NCBI GenBank assembly: GCA_022842645.1
Contig: JALHPE010000003.1
Location: 10,445-74,444 of the forward strand
DNA length: 64,000 bases
DNA from: Minisyncoccota bacterium
GTDB taxonomy: Bacteria; Patescibacteriota; Minisyncoccia; Phycocordibacterales; UBA2100
Reading direction: 5' to 3'
The position numbers were made by a program, and so were the translations under genes. Of this stretch, positions 16,103-25,533 are shown one piece after another; within the stretch, counting starts at the first letter, position 1, and each line of letters starts with the position of its first letter. The notes under the pieces were generated by a model. That model was not told the origin of the DNA. It saw nothing but the letters and a program-made list of their open reading frames with translations, and made no database searches.

Positions 16103-17725
16103 TTGCATTACTCGTTAGTCCAATTGCATATGGCAAAGAAAAAGTCGGTGTCCCCTAAGGACATCTTCGAGCGACTTCTCAAAGATCGCTCAGCTCGCAT
16201 CGCGGCAGTGCGCCAGTCGCACCTATTATTCTTCCACATCTACTTCTCACGATACGTAAAGTACGGCACAGCACCGTTCCACAAGGAGATGTTTGAGCTT
16301 ACTGAAAACGTAAAGATACCACTCGCCGTTATCGTTGCTTTCCGCTCGTCGGGAAAATCAACGATTGTTACCACTTCATACCCACTATGGTCGATACTTG
16401 GCGAACAACAGAAGAAGTTCGTGCTCATTATCTCCCGTGTCCAATCACAGGCACAGCAACATCTTCGCAACATTAGACATGAGGTTGAGAGTAACCGGAT
16501 ACTGGCCAGTGACCTTGGACCTTTTGATTCAGAGCACGGACAGTTCGGTCTCCAGGCTCTTGTGTTCAAGAAGCTCGGAGCGAAAATCATGATTGCATCA
16601 GTCGATCAAAGTATTCGTGGACTGCGTCACTTGGAACATCGTCCTGACCTCATCATTCTTGATGACGTTGAAGATACGGCATCGGTGAAAACCCAAGAGA
16701 GTCGCAATTCGGCGTGGCAATGGTTCACAAGTGAGATACTCCCCATCGGTTCTGAAGGTACTAGGATCTTCGCTGTTGGAAATCTCCTTCATCGCGATTC
16801 ACTTCTGAAGCGCATCGAGACACAGATCGGGTTAGGCACGCTCGGCGTGTATCGTGAATATCCGATTGTGAAAGACGGCGTGCCGCTTTGGACTGCGAAG
16901 TATCCAGACGCAGATGCAATCGAAGCCGAGCGCAAACGCATCATGGATCGCGTAGCATGGCATCGTGAATACTTGTTGGAGATTCTGCCCGATGATGACC
17001 AACTTATTCATCCTCAATGGATTCAGCGATACGATACGTTGCCGACAGAACGACCTCGCCACACTCTCATTGGACTCGACCCAGCAATCTCAAAAGAAGC
17101 AAGTGCAGATTGTACGGCAATGGTTGGTATATGGGTGTATGGCTCAAAAGAAAATACAAGAATATATATCTACCCGCAGATTGTGAACAAGCGACTCACG
17201 TTCAACGAAGCGGTTCAAGAAGCTGAGGCACTCTCTCATGCCGTTGGAAACGGCAGCCGTGCCCACATATACGCAGAAAAAGTCGCCTACCAACAAGCAC
17301 TCATCGAACACCTCAAAAGCCGAGGCAATCCTGTTGACGGCATTTCCCCGGGAGGCACTGACAAGCACGCACGACTCGCGTCAGTAACGCATTTCTTCGA
17401 AACGGGCAAGGTGTTTTTTCCCAAAACCACTGTTGCTGAGGTCTTGATCAACCAGCTTCTTGGCTTTGGAGTTGAAAAGCATGACGACCTCGTCGATGCC
17501 CTCACACTCGCGCTCCACCAAGTTATGTACAAGGATCGCTATGGAGGCGCAATCGGCGTCCTCTGGAATACGCCACCTCGCGAGGAAGAGATGATGAACC
17601 TCAGTAGTCGAGAAAAGTTCGTCATCATGGAAAAGTGGCGTGAGAATAGGAACAATAATCCGTTTCTCATCAGAGGTGGCAGAACACCCATGCCCGACGA
17701 CTGGAAGCCACGCTGGGATCGGTAA
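16103..17725 (+). CDS. phage terminase large subunit-like protein (paralog 1)
   Basis: 540 aa. N-terminal ATPase with deviant Walker A VIVAFRSSGKST and Walker B LIILDDVED. C-terminal RNase-H-like nuclease with IGLDPA ... HDDLVDALTLAL (Terminase_6-type). About 45% identical to the ORF at 21070..22578. Confidence 0.7.
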   Translation: MHYSLVQLHMAKKKSVSPKDIFERLLKDRSARIAAVRQSHLLFFHIYFSRYVKYGTAPFHKEMFELTENVKIPLAVIVAFRSSGKSTIVTTSYPLWSILGEQQKKFVLIISRVQSQAQQHLRNIRHEVESNRILASDLGPFDSEHGQFGLQALVFKKLGAKIMIASVDQSIRGLRHLEHRPDLIILDDVEDTASVKTQESRNSAWQWFTSEILPIGSEGTRIFAVGNLLHRDSLLKRIETQIGLGTLGVYREYPIVKDGVPLWTAKYPDADAIEAERKRIMDRVAWHREYLLEILPDDDQLIHPQWIQRYDTLPTERPRHTLIGLDPAISKEASADCTAMVGIWVYGSKENTRIYIYPQIVNKRLTFNEAVQEAEALSHAVGNGSRAHIYAEKVAYQQALIEHLKSRGNPVDGISPGGTDKHARLASVTHFFETGKVFFPKTTVAEVLINQLLGFGVEKHDDLVDALTLALHQVMYKDRYGGAIGVLWNTPPREEEMMNLSSREKFVIMEKWRENRNNNPFLIRGGRTPMPDDWKPRWDR

Positions 17726-17764
17726 AAGACTGTGGAATACGGGGTTGGCGTGAGGGTGTAGAAT

Positions 17765-18523
17765 GTGCGTATGGAAACACAGACACGAACACCAGTGCCA
17801 ATGCTCGGCATCGTTGTGGAGGCACGGCGAGAAGCACAGCGTACCGTTGAAACGATGAATCGGGCATTGCAGCCGACACTACGAGTGCTCAACAGCGACT
17901 TCATGCGAAACTTGATGTCGATGGCGAACGCTGCCAATCGTCATATGGAGCCATTGCTTCGATTTCAAAAACAGATGGATAGCGTGCTCGGAGAACACCG
18001 TGAGGCACTGGGGTGCGCACTTTCTCCCTTCGTATCGGCGGCATACACGCACGCGACTCACCCTGAAACCATTCACTACATACCTGCCCGCCCCGTTATC
18101 AAGTCAGAACCACGTGAGATTAATGTCGAATCGATAGCGGAAGAGTTAGTGGCAGTGTTCGCAAAAAAAGGTTTGGTACTCATTGAGCGCACAACCTTTG
18201 CTCAAATCGACCTCGTATACAACCGAAAGAATCGGACACTTGAATACAGCGCAGGTACCGCGCACCGCGCTACAAGTTTCCAAGATACGGAAAGCAACAA
18301 GCGTCGTGAATTGTTCGATACTCTCGTTCAAACAAAGCGGAAAATTACAGGACGCGAGCTGAAAAAGATACTTGGCTGCCCCAACACTGATGCAACGTAC
18401 AAAGTCGTTCAGGGATTGAACCGAAAAATGAAGAATGAGCTTGGTCTCACCGTTAATATCGTGGATGGTAGTGGCCGAGATGGCTACCACATTCACAAAA
18501 CCATCGCGATCCACCCGAAGTAA
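17765..18523 (+). CDS. hypothetical protein with C-terminal OmpR/PhoB-like winged-helix DNA-binding domain
   Basis: 252 aa. C-terminal ...ITGRELKKILGCPN...NIVDGSGRDGYHI resembles OmpR-type wHTH. No receiver domain. Confidence 0.4.
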   Translation: MRMETQTRTPVPMLGIVVEARREAQRTVETMNRALQPTLRVLNSDFMRNLMSMANAANRHMEPLLRFQKQMDSVLGEHREALGCALSPFVSAAYTHATHPETIHYIPARPVIKSEPREINVESIAEELVAVFAKKGLVLIERTTFAQIDLVYNRKNRTLEYSAGTAHRATSFQDTESNKRRELFDTLVQTKRKITGRELKKILGCPNTDATYKVVQGLNRKMKNELGLTVNIVDGSGRDGYHIHKTIAIHPK

Positions 18524-18686
18524 CATCTACCCACACATCTGGAGTGTGGATAGTGATTAAAAATGGCTCTGCATAAGGGTCTTTTTTCTATGGAGTCTCC
18601 AGTGAGTAGGTATGTGTTGTGGGGGCAGAAAATGGTCTGCTTGTAATGCAGGCCTTGTGTCTGTTTACCAGATTAGCAACACATAT

Positions 18687-19961
18687 ATGGCACAAAAATT
18701 AGCATGGCGCACGGTCGACAAAAAGATATCCGACCTCGTACCGAACATAAAGAACCCGCGCACGATGTCCCCGAAGCAGGTCGACGATCTTAAACGGTCG
18801 CTCAAGAAATTCGACTTGGTCGAGCTACCTGTGGTTGACACCGACAACACCGTAATCGCAGGGCACCAGCGCCTCATGGTGCTCAAACTCCTCGGTCGCG
18901 AGCACGAATCTATCCCCGTGCGTCTACCCAATCGCAAGCTCACCCAAAAGGAATACGATCAGTACCTCCTCGGCAGCAACCGCATCCACGGCGACTGGGA
19001 CTGGCAGGCACTTGCCGACAATTTCGACATTGGAACGCTTCTCTCAAGCGGCTTCGATGACACCGACCTGACCCACATCTTCGACGACTTGGAAGTCGAG
19101 GACGACGAGTTCGATGTCGACAAAGAACTCGAAAAGATTAAAAAGCCGGTCACCAAGTCCGGTGAGATGTTCCAGCTCGGTACGCACCGCATCATTTGCG
19201 GCGACAGCACGGATCCCAAGGTGCTCAAGAGATTGATGGGTGGCAAGAAAGCAAACTCCATTCTGCAAGATCCGCCATACAACATTTCCCTCGACTACAA
19301 CAAAGGCATCGGCGGCAAGCGCAATTACGGTGGCACCGTCGATGACGCGAAGCCAGACAAGGAGTACAAAAAGTTTCTCAAGACGGCACTAGAGAACACC
19401 CTGTCGGTGCTTGAAAAAGACGCACACGTATTCACGTACTGCGATCAGAAGTACATCTGGCTCTTGCAAACGCTCTACGCCGAACTTGGCATCGCTAACA
19501 AACGTGTATGCCTGTGGGTAAAGAATAATTCAACCCCCACGCCGCAAGTTGCCTTCAACAAACAGTACGAGCCGTGCGTGTATGGCACGGTCGGCAAGCC
19601 GTACTTGAGTGAGAAGGTGTTGAATCTTTCAGAAGTTTTGAACAAAGACATCGGCACCGGCAACCGCACATTGGAAGACATCTACGACATGATCGACATT
19701 TGGTTAGTAAAGAGATTGAACGGCACCGACTACCAGCATCCCACCGAGAAACCCCCGATGCTTCATGAGAAAGCTCTGCGACGCTGTACGAAGCCGGGCA
19801 ATATCGTGCTGGATTGCTTTGGTGGCTCGGGCAGTTTGCTCATCGCCTGTGAACAACTCAAACGCTCCGCGTACTTGGTCGAACGCGAGCCGATATTCGT
19901 TGATCTCGTCATCCGCAGATATGAAAAACTCACCGGACAAAAAGCAAAAAGACTCCGATAA
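18687..19961 (+). CDS. ParB-like nuclease domain fused to N6/N4 DNA methyltransferase
   Basis: N-terminal LVPNIKNPR...AGHQRL (ParB/Srx fold). Methyltransferase motif IV ILQDPPY followed by C-terminal motif I VLDCFGGSGS (beta-class order). Start set at internal ATG 18687. Confidence 0.75.
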   Translation: MAQKLAWRTVDKKISDLVPNIKNPRTMSPKQVDDLKRSLKKFDLVELPVVDTDNTVIAGHQRLMVLKLLGREHESIPVRLPNRKLTQKEYDQYLLGSNRIHGDWDWQALADNFDIGTLLSSGFDDTDLTHIFDDLEVEDDEFDVDKELEKIKKPVTKSGEMFQLGTHRIICGDSTDPKVLKRLMGGKKANSILQDPPYNISLDYNKGIGGKRNYGGTVDDAKPDKEYKKFLKTALENTLSVLEKDAHVFTYCDQKYIWLLQTLYAELGIANKRVCLWVKNNSTPTPQVAFNKQYEPCVYGTVGKPYLSEKVLNLSEVLNKDIGTGNRTLEDIYDMIDIWLVKRLNGTDYQHPTEKPPMLHEKALRRCTKPGNIVLDCFGGSGSLLIACEQLKRSAYLVEREPIFVDLVIRRYEKLTGQKAKRLR

Positions 19962-20688
19962 GTTCTGGCAGCTCGGAGATCACCGACTCGCGCAAGGCGA
20001 TTGCCGTGATGCCACGCTCCTCAAAACGTTGCTCGGTATAGAGCATATCAACGTACTGTGTACAGATCCGCCGTATGGAGTTGCAGTCGCAGAGTCCAAG
20101 CGCAACTTCAGGACGCTCACCAAGGACAAAGACATCGCCGGCGATCAGCTGCAATCGGATGAAGAGTACCGTCAATTCAGCAAGGAGTGGTTGGAGGCAC
20201 TCGTGCCCTACCTCGCCAAGAAAAACAGTGCGTACATCTTCAACGCCGACAAGATGGTGTGGTCGTTGCGCGACGGCATGGCTGATAGCGACTTCAAGAT
20301 CGCGCAATTGCTTGTATGGGTGAAGCAACAATCCGTCATCGGGAGATTGGACTATGCCCCTCAACACGAACTCATCGTGTATGGCTGGCATGGTACGCAC
20401 CACTTCAGGCGCTCGAAGGATAAATCGGTGCTGTTCTACCCGCGCCCCAACAAAAGCAAATTGCATCCGACCACCAAACCGATTGGCTTGGTACGGCGAC
20501 TCGTCTTCAACAGCACCAGCATGGGTGATGTTGTTTTCGATGGGTTCCTTGGGAGCGGTACGACTCTGTTGGCATGTGAGCAGACAAAACGTCGTTGCTT
20601 CGGGATCGAGCTTGATCCCGAGTACTGCCAGACCATCATCAAACGTTGGGAAAAAATGACCGGCCGCAAAGCAAAACGCATATGTTAA
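19921..20688 (+). CDS. N6/N4 DNA methyltransferase (second copy)
   Basis: LCTDPPYG (motif IV) and VFDGFLGSGTTLLACE (motif I). Overlaps the previous gene by ~40 bp, and its own end overlaps the TerS-like gene. Confidence 0.75.
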   Translation: MKNSPDKKQKDSDKFWQLGDHRLAQGDCRDATLLKTLLGIEHINVLCTDPPYGVAVAESKRNFRTLTKDKDIAGDQLQSDEEYRQFSKEWLEALVPYLAKKNSAYIFNADKMVWSLRDGMADSDFKIAQLLVWVKQQSVIGRLDYAPQHELIVYGWHGTHHFRRSKDKSVLFYPRPNKSKLHPTTKPIGLVRRLVFNSTSMGDVVFDGFLGSGTTLLACEQTKRRCFGIELDPEYCQTIIKRWEKMTGRKAKRIC

Positions 20689-21089
20689 AGAAAAGCGACC
20701 AACTCAAGGCTGCTCTACTGGAGCAGCTACGAAAGACGCCAATCATTCAGATCGCGTGCGAGAAATTAAACATCTCCCGCATGTCCTTCTATCGCTGGAA
20801 ACAAGAAGATCCGGAGTTTGCAAAGAACATTGATGATGCGCTCCTCGACGGACAGCTTTTAGTAAATGATCTTGCAGAATCGCAACTGATATCAGCGATT
20901 AAGGATCGAAACATGCACGCCGTTATGGCGTGGCTCAAACATCACCATCCGTCATACACCACACGAGTACAGATCGAAGGTACGGTCAACACCATTCAAG
21001 AACTCTCACCCGAGCAAAAGGAATTGGTGCGGAAGGCACTCGAATTAGCAAATCTAACCCTCAACGACCATGAACAACTTAACGCATGA
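20682..21089 (+). CDS. terminase small subunit-like HTH protein
   Basis: About 135 aa. ACEKLNISRMSFYRWKQEDPEF is an HTH_23/terminase-small-subunit-like helix-turn-helix. Immediately precedes and overlaps the second TerL. Confidence 0.45.
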   Translation: MLKKSDQLKAALLEQLRKTPIIQIACEKLNISRMSFYRWKQEDPEFAKNIDDALLDGQLLVNDLAESQLISAIKDRNMHAVMAWLKHHHPSYTTRVQIEGTVNTIQELSPEQKELVRKALELANLTLNDHEQLNA

Positions 21090-22578
21090 CAAAGATATGT
21101 TTGAGCGGATCTCAAAAGACCGCACGGTGCGGCGAACTATCGCCCGCGAGAGCCACCTCATGTTCTTCTACGTCTACTTTCCCCATTACGTCACGTATGA
21201 AATAGCCGAGTTCCAAAAGGACATATTTCGCATTACAGAAGATGCGGGTAACAAGCTCGCGGTTATTGTGGCTTTTCGCGGGTCAGGGAAATCAACGCTC
21301 GTTACGTTCTCATACTCCCTCTGGGCGATGCTTGGAGTCCAACGCAAGAAATTCGTGCTCATTATCTGCCAAACGCAGACGCAAGCAAAACAGCATCTCA
21401 TTAACCTCAAGCGAGAGTTGGAAAGTAACATACTGCTTCGGAACGACCTGGGGCCCTTTCAAGAAGAGAGTGGCGAATGGGGTGCCTCGGCACTGGTATT
21501 TCCGCAGCTGAAGGCAAAAATCATGGCGGTCTCCGCCGAGCAAAGTATCCGAGGCCTCCGACACAACCAACATCGTCCCGACCTCATAATCTGCGACGAC
21601 CTCGAAGATATGGCATCAGTGAAAACGTATGAGAATCGGCAGAAAATATACAACTGGTTCTCGGGTGAGGTTATGCCCCTTGGGGATCGGAATACCCGAT
21701 GCGTTGTTGTCGGTAACCTGTTGCACGATGACTCGCTCGTGATGCACCTAAAGAAAGATATCGAAGAGAATCAACGTGATGGCATTTTCAAGTCATATCC
21801 TCTCATTGATGAAAAAGGAAAGACGCTCTGGCCGGGGAAGTATCCGACGGATGCTGATATCGCAGAAGAAAAGAGAAAGAGCGGTAATGAGTACGCATGG
21901 CAGCGCGAATACCTGCTACATATCGTACCGGATGAAGATCAGGTTATTCATCGAGAATGGATCCAGTATTACGACACGATAACCCACAACAAGGATCAAT
22001 TCTATGGCGTATTCATGGGTGTCGATTTGGCTATCTCGCAAAAAGAAACTGCGGACTATACGGCGATGGTAAGTGCGGTCATGGCGTCATCACGAGAGGG
22101 TGGGCTCTGCGTCTACATCCTACCGAATGTCATCAATCGACGCATGAATTTCCCGCAAACTATCGAACAGATAAAGGCGGTGTATAACGCGAACAAGACA
22201 CTCTACACAACACACATTCTCGTTGAGGATGTCGGGTATCAAAAAGCGGTTATCGACCAATTGGGACACGACTCATACACTGCCGAGGGTGTGAAAGTAA
22301 GCTCAGACAAACGCTCACGCCTGATTACCATCTCGGACATGATTAAAAGGGGCAAGATAAAGTTTCCAAAGCAAGGGGCTGAAGCATTAATCCGGCAAAT
22401 TGTCGGCTTCGGTGTTGAAAAGCACGATGACCTTGTCGATGCGTTCACCATTGTGGCTCACAAAAGTGTTGAACTTGATAGACCGTATCCTGGAATCCTT
22501 TGGATCCCACTCGGACAAAATCGTAACGACTACTATGACGATGATGATTTTCGCGTCACGATGGATACGATCTGGTAG
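21070..22578 (+). CDS. phage terminase large subunit-like protein (paralog 2)
   Basis: 502 aa. VIVAFRGSGKST Walker A, LIICDDLED Walker B, nuclease motifs MGVDLA ... HDDLVDAFTIVAH. Confidence 0.7.
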   Translation: MNNLTHDKDMFERISKDRTVRRTIARESHLMFFYVYFPHYVTYEIAEFQKDIFRITEDAGNKLAVIVAFRGSGKSTLVTFSYSLWAMLGVQRKKFVLIICQTQTQAKQHLINLKRELESNILLRNDLGPFQEESGEWGASALVFPQLKAKIMAVSAEQSIRGLRHNQHRPDLIICDDLEDMASVKTYENRQKIYNWFSGEVMPLGDRNTRCVVVGNLLHDDSLVMHLKKDIEENQRDGIFKSYPLIDEKGKTLWPGKYPTDADIAEEKRKSGNEYAWQREYLLHIVPDEDQVIHREWIQYYDTITHNKDQFYGVFMGVDLAISQKETADYTAMVSAVMASSREGGLCVYILPNVINRRMNFPQTIEQIKAVYNANKTLYTTHILVEDVGYQKAVIDQLGHDSYTAEGVKVSSDKRSRLITISDMIKRGKIKFPKQGAEALIRQIVGFGVEKHDDLVDAFTIVAHKSVELDRPYPGILWIPLGQNRNDYYDDDDFRVTMDTIW

Positions 22579-22585
22579 TGGACGG

Positions 22586-23371
22586 TTAAAGGTTCAGAAA
22601 ATGCGAGACAATCGCGAGCGTGACTTCGTAGTCGTCCATCGTGAGGATATACGGAACCTCCTTACCATCCTTGAAGATATAGAGACCGTCTGACCTCAGC
22701 TCGAACGAACCGATTTTGCTATACGGGAGCGAGAAGTGTTTACGATTACCGATGTACCCAACACGTTGGTTGGTGAGATAAAAACCGCCAGTATCTTCTT
22801 CGGCAAGAGTCTCAGTCGTTTCGGTGCCTACGCCAAGTGAACCCGCTCGGTAGCGGACACCTTTCATGATCTTTATTGAGCCCGAGAACCCCCCGTAGTT
22901 AACCCGCGCAGTTGTTCGTTTGAGTTTGCGCAGTACCGCTGACTGACCGTAGTGAAGCACTTCTCCCTCCTTGAACACGATATTAAGATCGTGTTTTCCT
23001 TCGGGAATGGTTGGCAGGGTACTTTGGTCGATAAGCGCAAGTGTGTAGTATTTGTTAAATGCGTTTTGATCGAATTTTATGTCCTTGAATTCGAGCCCGA
23101 AGTGATTGACGATTGCCTCGATGGATTTCTTTTCATCTTCGGTAATTCTTTCGTCGGATGCCACGTGTTGGAAGGCGTTCGAAGCACCTGCGCGTCTGAC
23201 GACAACCAAGTCTTCGTCGGTGAGCTTGAACTGTTCCTGCAGTGTTTTCAGTTGCTGTTTTTCTTCTTCAGAGAGGACGCCGTCGGAGAGAAACCGCGTC
23301 AACATTTCTTGATACTCTCGCGTGCCTTTCCTTCTCTCGAGAATCGAAGTGACAAAATCAAAGAGTGCCAT
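22586..23371 (-). CDS. hypothetical protein with C-terminal bacterial PH-like (bPH/YokE-like) domain
   Basis: 261 aa. C-terminal ...GGFYLTNQRVGYIGNRKHFSLPYSKIGSFELRSDGLYI resembles bPH domains. N-terminus helical. Confidence 0.35.
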   Translation of the reverse strand: MALFDFVTSILERRKGTREYQEMLTRFLSDGVLSEEEKQQLKTLQEQFKLTDEDLVVVRRAGASNAFQHVASDERITEDEKKSIEAIVNHFGLEFKDIKFDQNAFNKYYTLALIDQSTLPTIPEGKHDLNIVFKEGEVLHYGQSAVLRKLKRTTARVNYGGFSGSIKIMKGVRYRAGSLGVGTETTETLAEEDTGGFYLTNQRVGYIGNRKHFSLPYSKIGSFELRSDGLYIFKDGKEVPYILTMDDYEVTLAIVSHFLNL

Positions 23372-23380
23372 ATGAATAAT

Positions 23381-23405
23381 CGCTATCGAATAATGTTCGA
23401 TAGCG
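23381..23405. promoter_or_regulatory. perfect inverted repeat CGCTATCGAA-N5-TTCGATAGCG (candidate operator)
   Basis: 10-bp arms, 10 bp upstream of the start of minus-strand gene 22586..23371, at the edge of a 390-bp non-coding region. Confidence 0.3.
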
Positions 23406-23764
23406 AGCTTTGAGAAAACACAAAGCCCGCCACCAGGAGGGTTTTTAGGCCCCTACTAGGGTTTCCCCTAATAACGCGTTCAACGCCCTGAATGACGGGT
23501 TGTCTATGTTGAACGCGATTCGCGACCATGCCGCCGTTTCCGAGGGTTTAGGTCGTTGCTCTTTCGAGCCGATATTGGTTGTGTAAAGAGCATGATAGCT
23601 CGAAAACAAGCTACCGTACAAGACCCTAGCTTAGTAATCGGAGGTTGCGAAGGGTTACCAACAGCTGGACTTTCAGAGAAAGTATCGCTTGGTATATCTG
23701 ACTCTCAGAAAGATTTTAATTACTCAACTTCTGAATATAAACATCGTGTCTGCGTTATCTATTT

Positions 23765-24163
23765 TTAACTTGCCTTAATTTGAAAGTTATACATTCCCAT
23801 GCCGCACACGCCTTGTATGTTTTCGCCGGATTGGAGAGTGCCGAGATCAATCACTTCCTCACCTGTCGGTTGTAGTATTTTCTGGAATCCAATTGAACGA
23901 ACGACAAGAGACGCGGAACAATCATAGGTGCCATTAGTTTTCACCACCAGTTTAGTTGGTATGCCGCTTTTGATCTGCGTCACGCGCGGAGAATATCCGC
24001 CCTTTGCGGTTATGGTCACATACTGCACGCCGTCTTTGATCTCAATATTTTGTGACTGTTCGTTTCCGTCTCCTGAGGAGCTTGAGCTGTCGGATACGAA
24101 ATACAAAGTACCTCCAATGAGAGTCATGCTTACGATAATGGATAAGATGGTGCTTTTTTGCAT
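23765..24163 (-). CDS. secreted cupredoxin-like domain protein
   Basis: 132 aa. N-terminal TM/signal, Ser-rich linker, then a beta-sandwich-like domain with Cys/Met (VCGMGMY) at the C-terminus, as in cupredoxin_1 proteins commonly next to copA. Confidence 0.5.
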   Translation of the reverse strand: MQKSTILSIIVSMTLIGGTLYFVSDSSSSSGDGNEQSQNIEIKDGVQYVTITAKGGYSPRVTQIKSGIPTKLVVKTNGTYDCSASLVVRSIGFQKILQPTGEEVIDLGTLQSGENIQGVCGMGMYNFQIKAS

Positions 24164-24180
24164 AGATCGGTTGGTAAACT

Positions 24181-25185
24181 CTATATGTTAAATAAGGGGT
24201 CAATGACACCGAGACCGGCAAGCCCCGCGAGGAGCGCGAAAGCCCCGAGACCGATGACCACGACACCCGCCGACGCGAAGAACAGAGGCGCATGTCTTGA
24301 GTGAGCCAGTGAAGCCGATCCAAACGAAAGAAGCGCAAGCACCGGAAGCGTGCCGAGCGCGAACGCGGTCATGATCAAGAGTCCCGAGAGAAATGAGCCG
24401 CTTGAGAGCGCGGCGATCTGCATCGTCTGGGTGAATCCGCATGGGAGAAAGAATGTGCCAACACCCAGAAGAAACGGTGCCATGCTTGTATGCTCTACGC
24501 TACGGAAAAAATCGAAAACTCCCGACGGTAGAGCGATCATATTCTTCTCAAACACCCCGACCAGATTAAGTCCGAGCAGAATCATCACGATTGATGCGAT
24601 GATCCCGAGGATCGCGGTCGCGGTAAAACTTATGCCGATCGCGCTTCCGATAGCCCCAAGGATGCCACCGAGCACGGCAAAACCGAGAAGGCGTCCTGCG
24701 TGGAAGAGCATCATGGGCTTCACATCGCTTGTATTGTCTTGAGAGACACTCGCGGAGAGAGAAAGGACAAGCCCGCCCACCACCGCAAGGCAACTCGAAA
24801 TGGACGCAACGAGCCCTATGATAAAGCCAGTTATGGGCGTCACCGTTCCGCCTAGACCGAAATTTACTATCCCTGATTTCTGCACGATGATAAAGAGGGC
24901 GAGGAACGCGAGTCCGATGGGAAGCGCCTGCCAAATGACGCTGTCTTTCTTCTCACGAGCCTTCTTCTCGACAGAGAGCGCATAGCCGCTGCTTTTTATT
25001 TTCTCAGTCAATAGTTCCGCGAGCGTATGCGGACTCTCTTCGAGCGTCGTGTCGAAAGAGACGGTCTCGCGCTTCAAGTCGACACTCGCACGCTCGATGC
25101 CAACCTGTTCGTTCAGCGCATCTTCGATGAAGATCTTACAGGACGCACAGTGAGTGCCGGAGACGTGAAAGGTGTATGTTTTCAT
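24181..25185 (-). CDS. heavy-metal-associated (HMA) domain fused to a DsbD_2/CcdA-like polytopic membrane domain
   Basis: N-terminal TFHVSGTHCASCKIFIEDAL (HMA with CxxC). Membrane part has Cys in TM helices (SSCLAVVGG, FFLPCGFTQ) like the CcdA/DsbD family. Confidence 0.6.
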   Translation of the reverse strand: MKTYTFHVSGTHCASCKIFIEDALNEQVGIERASVDLKRETVSFDTTLEESPHTLAELLTEKIKSSGYALSVEKKAREKKDSVIWQALPIGLAFLALFIIVQKSGIVNFGLGGTVTPITGFIIGLVASISSCLAVVGGLVLSLSASVSQDNTSDVKPMMLFHAGRLLGFAVLGGILGAIGSAIGISFTATAILGIIASIVMILLGLNLVGVFEKNMIALPSGVFDFFRSVEHTSMAPFLLGVGTFFLPCGFTQTMQIAALSSGSFLSGLLIMTAFALGTLPVLALLSFGSASLAHSRHAPLFFASAGVVVIGLGAFALLAGLAGLGVIDPLFNI

Positions 25186-25190
25186 GAGTG

Positions 25191-25526
25191 TTATTCGAAT
25201 TCTTTACCGAACCGATAAAAGACGACCCCCGCCACCGCCCATGCCAAGGGAAGCCAGAGCGGTATTGCGAAAAACGCCGTATCCTGCCACAACTGCGCTC
25301 TGCTGAATTGGGTCATGCCGATCTCGATCAGAGCCCCGAGCGTTCCGGCGGTCAGAAAGAGCGCAAGCTCGGGCTTTGTGTGTTTGGAACTGAGGAAAAG
25401 ATACACGGCATAGAGCGCGATGAACGCGAGCGCGACGAGCTCATTGCCATGCGTCATCGTCTCGATAATGAAGAAAGCGAGAAGAGGCAGGAAGTATTTG
25501 AGTGCGATGAAGATGTATTTTTTCAT
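25191..25526 (-). CDS. small hypothetical membrane protein
   Basis: 111 aa, three predicted TM helices. Confidence 0.3.
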   Translation of the reverse strand: MKKYIFIALKYFLPLLAFFIIETMTHGNELVALAFIALYAVYLFLSSKHTKPELALFLTAGTLGALIEIGMTQFSRAQLWQDTAFFAIPLWLPLAWAVAGVVFYRFGKEFE

Positions 25527-25533
25527 GGCATGT

